A DNA stretch of 64,000 nucleotides, from contig CAWGMQ010000006.1 of assembly GCA_963823665.1 (NCBI GenBank), positions 1,536,001 through 1,600,000 of the forward strand. The letters run 5' to 3'. Source of the DNA: an uncultured Planctomycetota bacterium (GTDB lineage: Bacteria; Planctomycetota; Planctomycetia; Isosphaerales; Isosphaeraceae). The position numbers and the translations under genes were made by a program. Under the pieces are notes generated by a model, which was not told the origin of the DNA, ran no database searches, and saw only the letters and a list, made by a program, of their open reading frames with translations. The first letter of the stretch is position 1. Each line of letters starts with the position of its first letter. This document shows, in pieces, positions 56,317 through 64,000 of the stretch.

Positions 56317-56447
56317 GGCGTCGTACTCCTGCTTCAAGTTGCTGATCGTGTCAGAAACTTGATCCTAATCTTAATCCTAATCCTAATCCTAATCTTAATC
56401 CCAATCCCGCATTGTTCACGAACTGTCATCCGCAGATCGCCGGTCTC

Positions 56448-56570
56448 TTACTGGCCGGCGGCGATCCAGCCTACGAGGATATCGTAGATTGCGTGCGTGC
56501 CGACGGCGACACGGAAGCCACGGAGGACGAAGACCCAGGCAAAGAAGACACCGGCCGTCCTGCGAAAGAC
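56448..56570 (-). pseudogene. Orphan diverged copy of the last ~41 codons of the adjacent CPBP protease gene
   Basis: VFRRTAGVFFAWVFVLRGFRVAVGTHAIYDILVGWIAAGQ* versus IFRWMAGVFFAWVFVLRGFGVAVGTHAIYDILVGWIAAGQ*. Confidence 0.85.
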
Positions 56571-56644
56571 GAGCAAGATTGAGATTAAGATTGAGATTAA
56601 GATTAGGATTTGCGGCACGGATCGATCGGCCGGATTACCCTTAT

Positions 56645-57463
56645 TTATTGTCCGGCGGCGATCCAGCCTACGAGGATATCGTAGATCGCGTGCGTGCCGA
56701 CGGCGACTCCGAAGCCGCGCAGGACGAAGACCCAGGCGAAGAAGACACCCGCCATCCAGCGGAAGATAAAGGCGAACCAGGTGAACGGCTCGCCGGGCAT
56801 TCCCGCGTGGTGCGCGAGCGCGAACAGCAATGCCGATCCCGTTACCGCGAGCGTGCTGGCCAGAACTTGTGGTGCCTGCAAGAGTCGTAGCACGCCAAAG
56901 AAAACTGGGACGAGGATCAAACGGAACAGGGTCTCTTCATAGACGCCAGCACCGATGTATCCGACCAGCGACGCGACGTACGGCGACTCTTTCACCGGCA
57001 CGAGTGCCAGCACGGCGGTTTCGTGCTGCTCGAGGTAGGAGAAACCGGCGTCGATCAACCGGCTGATTCCGATGAGCATGACCGCCCACACCAAACTTTC
57101 GACGGCCATTCCTGCGAGGATTCCGGGTGAGAATCTCCATTCGCGATAACTCACGACCTGCCATCCCAGGAGGATCACGACGAGCAACAGCGGCAAGAGC
57201 CAGCGGTCGTCGAGGCCTGCGGAGGCGAGCATGCTGCGCATCCAGGTGTCGGCACCGGTGCGGAGCTTGCCGGGAGTCGGTCCTCCCAGCCAGATCACCG
57301 CCCATTCATAGCCGATGACAAGAGGCGCAACCAGAAGGAGCGAGGGAAACGGCCGCCGGGTGGCTGTCCAGTACGACGTCGGCCGCCCGTCGGCGAGCCA
57401 ATCGGCCGTCCTGGCGCCTCGAGCGTTCCAGCGAGTGCGAAGCGGAAGTTTGCGTGATTTCAT
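56645..57463 (-). CDS. CPBP (CAAX/Abi) family intramembrane metalloprotease
   Basis: EETLFR, FALAH and HAIYD motifs; multiple TM segments. Confidence 0.85.
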   Translation of the reverse strand: MKSRKLPLRTRWNARGARTADWLADGRPTSYWTATRRPFPSLLLVAPLVIGYEWAVIWLGGPTPGKLRTGADTWMRSMLASAGLDDRWLLPLLLVVILLGWQVVSYREWRFSPGILAGMAVESLVWAVMLIGISRLIDAGFSYLEQHETAVLALVPVKESPYVASLVGYIGAGVYEETLFRLILVPVFFGVLRLLQAPQVLASTLAVTGSALLFALAHHAGMPGEPFTWFAFIFRWMAGVFFAWVFVLRGFGVAVGTHAIYDILVGWIAAGQ

Positions 57464-57770
57464 CTTCTCTTCTGCCGCTGGATCCAGGAGGACGTCCCGG
57501 CGAACACGTGCGCGGGAGGCCGGGCGCTCGAGCGCCTCGCTGGCGCGTCGGGTTGGTGTGTGGAGAACTAATGCTGTTATCTGTTCGCCGGTCCCACGTC
57601 CAGCTCGGCCGTTTCATAATTGTTATCGTTTTCGGCGAGCACGAAAAATACGAAATTGGTCGCTGCCTTGTAGGTCTCCCAGGCGACCGCTAGGATAATC
57701 CGGACACCAAAACTGATCACCCGGACCGGGTTGGGTCGCTGGTCCGACATACTGGGAGGTTCGGCGCATC

Positions 57771-59169
57771 ATGCCGCGGGTTGGTCTGTTTGTCGCGATT
57801 GCTTGCGTGTCCTTGTCTGTATCACTCACCGGATGTTCTGATGCTTTCAATGCCGGTCCGCTCGAGTATGTTGAAAGCGAGGCGATGACCAAGGAGGTCA
57901 CAGGGGGCAAGGCGAACCTCTCGAAGAGCCCGATCATGCGGGAAAAGGTTCGCAAGGCCCTCAAGCGTCTCTACGGCGACTCGCCGCAGCACATCAAGGT
58001 TCCGCCTGGCTCGGGGTTTCCGCTCGGGGGTCTTTACCTGGCGAGCTACGTACAGGAGGGCGAGGGGGGGCAAGCCAAGTATTTCCGGCTTTATGAAGAT
58101 AAGGCCGTCGACGTGCCGACCAAGGTCGCTCATGACAGTTATCCGGCCGCCAAGCCGCAGGCGGGCGGATACAGCCTCTATCGCCGCAACTGCCTGCACT
58201 GCCATGGTGTGTCCGGGGCCGGCGACGGGCCGACCGCACCGTTTCTCTATCCGACGCCGCGCGACTATCGCAAAGGCATCTTCAAGTTCACGTCGACGCC
58301 CAGCGGCAAGCCGCCGCATCGGAGCGACCTGCGGCGCACGATCTCGAACGGCTTGCACGGGACGTCGATGCCGGCGTTTCACTCGCTGATGACGCCCGAC
58401 GGAAATCGAGCAAGTGATCGACTACGTGATTTTCCTGAGCATGCGCGGCGAGTCGGAGACGCTCTTGATCGAGGAAGCATTCACTTCCGACGAGAAAGAT
58501 CCGAATGCGTTGTCGGACGACATTGTCAAGGATATGGTCACGAACGGCGTGTTCAACAAGTGGAAGCTCGCGGAGACCATGCAGAGCAATCCTCCCAGCC
58601 CGCGCACGCCGCCGACTCCCGAAAGCGTTGAGCGCGGGCGGAATCTCTTCCTGGGGCGCACTTCGGAGAAGCTGGAATGCTCCGGTTGCCACGGGGCGCT
58701 GGCGATGGGCGACGGCCCCAGCTTCGCTCCCCAGGAGCTTTTCAACGAGGTGATATTCGGGGGTAACCCCAGCGAGCGCCAGGCGCGATTGGAAGCACAC
58801 CTGGCCGACATGCGATCAGGCAAAGACGAAGCAGAGAAGCTGAAGAACAAAGACAAAGCAGAGAAGCTGAAGGCGCTCTGGGACGCCAAGAATGACGATT
58901 GGGGCAACCCGCTTCGTCCGGCTAATTTGAACCGCGCCGTTTACAAGGGGGGCAGGCGGCCGCTCGACATTTACTGGCGCATCGCCAAAGGGATCAACGG
59001 CGCGCAGATGCCGGCGCATTACCCGTCGCCGCTTCAGGATGAAAAGAAAGTTTGGGACCTGGTGAACTTTGTGCTCGCATTGCCTTATCAGCCAGAGCTT
59101 TTGAGGGATGCCCCCCCTGCCCCGACAACCCCCGCAGCCGTCACCGCATCTCGTGAGCCGGCGCGATGA
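57771..59169 (+). CDS. Di-heme cytochrome c lipoprotein (frameshift near 58400)
   Basis: Lipobox-like LTGC; CLHCH and CSGCH; GTSMP and GAQMP axial Met motifs. Confidence 0.85.
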
Positions 59170-59294
59170 GCATGGCTCGCGCGGAGGAAGCCACGCCGCG
59201 CGAGCTTGGGACCGAACGACTGGACAACAGATGAGAATCACGCATTACGGAACGAAATTTGAAATTTTGATCATGATCCTCTAGGGAGTGGGCC

Positions 59295-60116
59295 GTGCGT
59301 TACTGGAGCATCCTGTTCGGGCTTGCCGCCGTTTTCGCCGTCGGCTGCTTCGTCTACTCGCCATTCTCGAGCGACTGGTGGATGCCGGTGGCGGGAACCC
59401 CTCCGCACGTGATCTCGAAGTTCGGCCGCGAAATCGACAGCCTCTACCTCCTGATTCTCTTCATCACCGGCGTCGTCTTCATCGGCACCCAGATCGTCTT
59501 CGTGGTCGCGTGCTACCGTTTTCCGGATGAGCGCGATGCCCAGGGGCGGCCGGTTCGCAAGGCCCAGTACTTCCACGGCAGCCAGAGGCTCGAGGTGATC
59601 TGGACGATTCTCCCGGCCTTCATCCTGGTCTTCATCGCGTTCTACCAGTTGGGAACGTGGACGAGCATCAAGTTCCGCAGCGCCGCTCCGAGGGTGCCGC
59701 CGCTCGCCGAGGTCACGGCACGCCAGTTCCAGTGGGTGATTCGCTATCCGGGCCCCGATGGAAAGTTGAACACGAGGGACGACGTATTCGCCGTGAACGA
59801 CCTGCATTTCGTCAAGGGCAAGCAGGCACTCATCTATTTGAGGTCGTCGGACGTGATCCATTCGTTTTACTTGCCGCACATGAGAATCAAGCAGGACGCG
59901 GTACCTGGTCTCTTGATTCCGGTGTGGTTCGATTCCGACACGGCGGGTGATTTCGAGCTAGTCTGTGCGGAGCTTTGCGGCTGGGGCCATTACAAGATGC
60001 GCGGCAAGGTGAAGGTGCACGAGACTGAAGCTGAGTTCGACAAGTGGATGAGCGAGCAGATTGAAGAGCAGAACCGGAGCCAGCTCAGCATGACCGACGG
60101 TTCGCAAGGGAGATAA
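59295..60116 (+). CDS. ctaC: Cytochrome c oxidase subunit II
   Basis: LEVIWT; CuA motif DVIHSF...CAELCGWGHYKM. Confidence 0.95.
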   Translation: MRYWSILFGLAAVFAVGCFVYSPFSSDWWMPVAGTPPHVISKFGREIDSLYLLILFITGVVFIGTQIVFVVACYRFPDERDAQGRPVRKAQYFHGSQRLEVIWTILPAFILVFIAFYQLGTWTSIKFRSAAPRVPPLAEVTARQFQWVIRYPGPDGKLNTRDDVFAVNDLHFVKGKQALIYLRSSDVIHSFYLPHMRIKQDAVPGLLIPVWFDSDTAGDFELVCAELCGWGHYKMRGKVKVHETEAEFDKWMSEQIEEQNRSQLSMTDGSQGR

Positions 60117-60121
60117 GGCGG

Positions 60122-62035
60122 ATGAGTTCTGAACCGACAGGCGGCGGATCGCATGGTTCTGCCCCGGACGACCATGGTCACCAGGGGAGCCATGGTCATT
60201 CGGACGGCAACGGCCACGCCGGAGCGCACGATCACGCCGGCGGCCATGACGAGCACGACCACATTCACCCTGCGCCTTCGACCTTTCTCACCCGCTATGT
60301 CTTCTCGACCGACCACAAGGTCATCGGCATTCAGTTTCTGACCTCGGGCTTGATCTTCTTCGTGATCGGCGGCTTGGCGGCGATGGCCGTTCGCTGGCAG
60401 CTTGCCTGGCCGTGGAAGCCGATGCCGTCTGCTATCGAGACTGCTCTGGTCGGACCCTTCGCATGGCTATCAGATGCCGCCGGAGTTCTACAACAAGCTG
60501 TTCACGATGCACGCCACGATCATGATCTTCTTCGTGGTGATTCCGCTCTTGACCGGGGCCTTCGGCAACTTCCTGATCCCGCTCATGATCGGGGCGCGGG
60601 ACATGGCGTTCCCGAAGCTGAATATGTTCTCCTACTGGTTCATGCCGCCGGCGATGATCTTCATCACGTATTCCTTCTTCGTGGAAGGAGGGTCGGCGGA
60701 AGCCGGCTGGACGAGCTACCCGATCTTGACGATCGCGCGGTGGGCGACTCCCGGGTCGTTGAACGGGCAGACTTTCTGGCTGCTGGCGCTACTTTGCGCC
60801 GGGATCTCGTCGCTGCTGGGGTCGATCAACTACATCACGACGATCGTGATGCTGCGTGCGCCCGGGATGAAGATGTTCCGGATGCCGATGACGGTGTGGG
60901 CCATGTTCATCACGGCGCTTCTTGCAGGCGTTTGCCCTGCCGGTACTGACCTCGGCGCTTGATCATGCAGCTTCTGGACCGGGTGGCCGGGACGAACTTC
61001 TTCAGCCCGGTGGGCTGGACGGTGGCGAATGCACCGCCGGTGGTCGGCGGCGGCGGCCCGATCCTGTTTCAGCACGTGTTCTGGTTTTACTCGCACCCGG
61101 CGGTGTACGTGATGATCCTGCCGGCGATGGGCATGGTCTCGGACATCATCGCGACGTTTTCGCGCAAGCCGCTCTTCGGCTACAAGCCGATGGTCTTCGC
61201 GATCGCCGGGATCGCCGGGCTGGGCTTCATCGTCTGGGGCCACCACATGTTCCAGTCGGGGATGAACCCGGCCTTGGGCGCCACGTTCATGCTGTCGACG
61301 ATGATGATCGCCCTGCCGTCGGCGATCAAGGTGTTCAACTGGCTGGGCACGATCTGGGGGGGCCGACTCCAGTTCACCTCGGCGATGCTCAATGCCCTTG
61401 CGTTCGTGACGATGTTCATCATCGGCGGGCTGTCGGGAATCTTCATGGCGGCGACGCCGGTGGATATCCATATTCACGACACGTACTTCATCGTGGGCCA
61501 CATTCACTACGTGCTTTTCGGCGGCAGCATGTTCGGCATCTTCGGCGCGATCTATTACTGGTTCCCCAAGATGTTCGGGCGAATGATGGATGAGCGGCTG
61601 GGTATCATCCATTTCATCTTGACGTTTATCTTCTTCAATGGAACGTTCTTCCTGATGCACATCATCGGGATGCATGGCCATCCTCGCCGGATTGCCGATC
61701 CCAATACGTATCTCTACCTGCAAGGCGCGGGGATCGTCGGCATGAACCAGTTCATGACCATCAACGCCTTCCTGCTGGGACTGGCGCAGATCATCTTCGG
61801 TTACAACTTCGTGCACAGCATTTTCCTCGGGCCCAAGGCGTCGGAAAACCCCTGGCACGCCAATACGCTTGAGTGGGCGACGAGCTCACCGCCGGCCCAC
61901 TACAACTTCGCGCGGATCCCGACGGTCTATCACGCGCCTTATGAATACAGCGTGCCTGGTGTTGACGAAGATTATCTGCCGCAGACGGTTCCCCGGCCGG
62001 CTTCGGCGGGGCCTCTTGATCCGGTGATGGCGTGA
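60122..62035 (+). CDS. ctaD: Cytochrome c oxidase subunit I, A2 type (several frameshifts)
   Basis: STDHKVIG, TMHATIM, YSHPAVY, WGHHMF, HDTYFIVGHIHY, PRR. Confidence 0.95.
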
Positions 62036-62054
62036 ATCCGTTTCGCGAGATACC

Positions 62055-62177
62055 AACCCGAAGCGTCAGCGAGGTGCCATGCCGCGCGTTCGCACTGTCC
62101 ACCGCCGGCACCCCTCGCTTACGCATCCCCTTAGTAAGTGGCAAAGTGTCCCTCGCTCACGCTTCGGGTTAGTGTGT
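62055..62177. repeat. Inverted REP pair (AACCCGAAGCGTCAGCGAGG ... CCTCGCTCACGCTTCGGGTT)
   Basis: Direct inverted match; a related single copy lies near 57536. Confidence 0.7.
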
Positions 62178-62215
62178 GGGGAACTTGATGTGTTCGTTTG
62201 CTTGAAGAAAGTTTG

Positions 62216-63222
62216 ATGACCTTCGAGAAGCCAACCAACTTGTCCGACCCCATTGATGCCCCGTATCGCCGCGTTGCGCACTGGATGGCTCTTGGTGCGG
62301 CCGTCTTCACGTTGCCGCTTCTGTATGTGGGCGGCTCGGTGACGACGTATCGGGTGGGGCTGGCTGTTCCGGACTGGCCGGAGACGTTCGGGATCAACAT
62401 GTTCCTTTTCAACATGTGGGAACATCCGTTCGGCGTTCGGGTCGAGCACAGCCATCGTCTTTACGGGGCTGCGGTCGGGCTGTTCACGCTTGATTCTGGC
62501 CGGCTGGCTGCTCGTCTTCGAGCCGAGGAAATGGATGAAGTGGCTGGGCCTTGCCGCGGTGGCAACGGTGATCGTTCAGGGTGTGCTGGGCGGCACGCGA
62601 GTCACGCAGACATCGACGATTCTGGCAGCCGTTCACGCCTGTGTCGGTCAGGCATTCTTCGCGCTCATGGTAGCACTGTGCGTCTTCACCGGCCGGCGGT
62701 GGCAGAGCCCGGTCGGTACGCGGATCGAATCGGCGTGGCTGAAGCCGCTGGGCTGGGCCATCGTCGCTCTTGGTGCCTGCTCAGATCATGCTGGGAAGCT
62801 GGCTGCGGCATTTTGGGACGTGGCAGGCGCTGGTGAATCACGCGTTCGTCGCGCCGGTCGTTCTGGTGTGCTGTCTGTTTCTGGCATTCGTGGTCGAGCA
62901 GAACAGGGCGAACTGGGCGCCGCTTGTTCCCGCGGCGCGGGCGCTGGGGCTTATGGCCGCTGTTCAGGTTGGGCTGGGAATCGGCTCGTTCATCGCGTTG
63001 CTACCGTTTGACGGACTGGCGAGAACGGTGACGTTTTACCAGGCGGTGACGCGGACGGCGCATCAAACGAGTGGGGCACTGCTGCTGGCGGCGGCGGTGG
63101 TGTTCCAGTTACGATGTCTCCGCCACGTGACGAGCGTGCGGCGGTTCGCGCGGAATGCGGAAGAGTTGGTATCATGTCCCGAGGCGGATCCGGTTGCAAT
63201 CAGTCGGGGGGCATTGGCGTGA
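62216..63222 (+). CDS. ctaA: COX15/CtaA heme A synthase (frameshifted)
   Basis: GLAVPDWP, EHSHRL, QGVLGG.RV, VHA, HQ. Confidence 0.85.
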
Positions 63223-64000
63223 AGTCGATGGCGTCGGTCGAGCCATTTGGTCTGGCTGCATCGGAGCCCGGGGCCTTTGTGTCGGTATTGGCGAGCCGCG
63301 CCATGGCTTATCTTTCACTCACGAAGCCGCGGCTGGTGGTGCTGGTGCTGGCCACGGTGGCGGCCGGGTTCTTTCTGGGCGCGCGGTGGGAGTTTCGGCC
63401 GGTGGCGGTGATGAGCCTGGCCGCGACGCTCGTGGGAACGGCGCTCGTTGCCGGCGGGGCTGGTGCGCTCAATCAATGGCTTGAACGTGACCGCGACGCC
63501 CTGATGCGGCGGACGGCGGGCCGCGCGTTGCCAAGTGGGAGGATTGCAGCCCGGCACGCGTTGCTTTTCGGCGGGCTGCTCGTTGCGGGCGGGACGGGCG
63601 TGCTGTTGCTGGGCGCGGGCTTGACTGGCGGCGCTGGTCGCATTTCTGACAGCGGTCCTTTATGTGTTCGTCTATACGCCGCTGAAAACGCGAACGACGC
63701 TCAATACGCTGGTCGGCGCGATTCCGGGTGCGTTGCCGCCGCTGATCGGCTGGGCGGCGGCGGCCGGGCGGCTCGGCCCAGAAGCCTGGACGCTGTTTCT
63801 GATCGTGTTTCTCTGGCAGTTCCCGCACTTTCCTGGCGATTGCCTGGATTTATCGGGAGGATTACCGGCGCGCCGGATTTCGCATGCTGACGGCCGAGGA
63901 CGCTGCGGGGACGAAGGACGGGCTGCCAGGCGTTTTCGTATGCACTGGTGCTCGTGCCCGCCGGGTTTGTTGCCCGCGATCATTGGATTGGCGGGCCCGG
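63219..64000 (+). CDS. ctaB: Protoheme IX farnesyltransferase (frameshifted, truncated by window end)
   Basis: [42 protein letters not shown]. Confidence 0.92.

Larger units (their letters stand above)
55867..56610. repeat. Three hexamer tandem arrays of GATT(A/G)(G/A): forward 55867-55908, reverse 56359-56406, forward 56577-56610
   Basis: Read directly from the sequence. Confidence 0.9.

Noticed and set aside
55918..56770. Diversity-generating retroelement (Avd-like gene plus TR/VR-like repeat pair)
   Set aside because: There is no reverse transcriptase. Differences between the copies are not adenine-specific and are mostly synonymous.

Overview
GC-rich bacterial DNA that is very probably from a planctomycete (Isosphaeraceae-like). 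The basis is ECF sigma/Ser-Thr kinase pairs, an LESRTLL secretion motif, a dockerin fragment and REP-like intergenic repeats. Single-base frameshifts hit even essential genes (atpA, cytochrome oxidase subunit I, hemW), so most are probably long-read consensus errors. Core blocks: a complete F0F1 ATP synthase operon with a near-consensus sigma70 promoter (25.8-33.8 kb) and an A2-type cytochrome c oxidase/heme A operon (57.8 kb to the end). Accessory content: three Ser/Thr kinases and two ECF sigma factors; an intact IS4-family element (22-bp IRs, 8-bp TSD) splitting a heme c/Cu-monooxygenase-like gene; a sulfatase-like/YLDPGSGS micro-protein/kinase-methyltransferase cluster; a ~2,700-aa secreted RHS protein with internal cargo; a four-helix-bundle gene between inverted hexamer arrays; and a ~6-kb stretch of gene fragments punctuated by a co-oriented 21-bp repeat. 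The best candidate for a new system is a coupled SIR2 + degenerate HAM1/ITPase operon (21.4-22.8 kb). It resembles the KomC/KomB effector-sensor of Kongming anti-phage immunity but has no deaminase (KomA) next to it. All family calls come from motif recognition; no searches were run.
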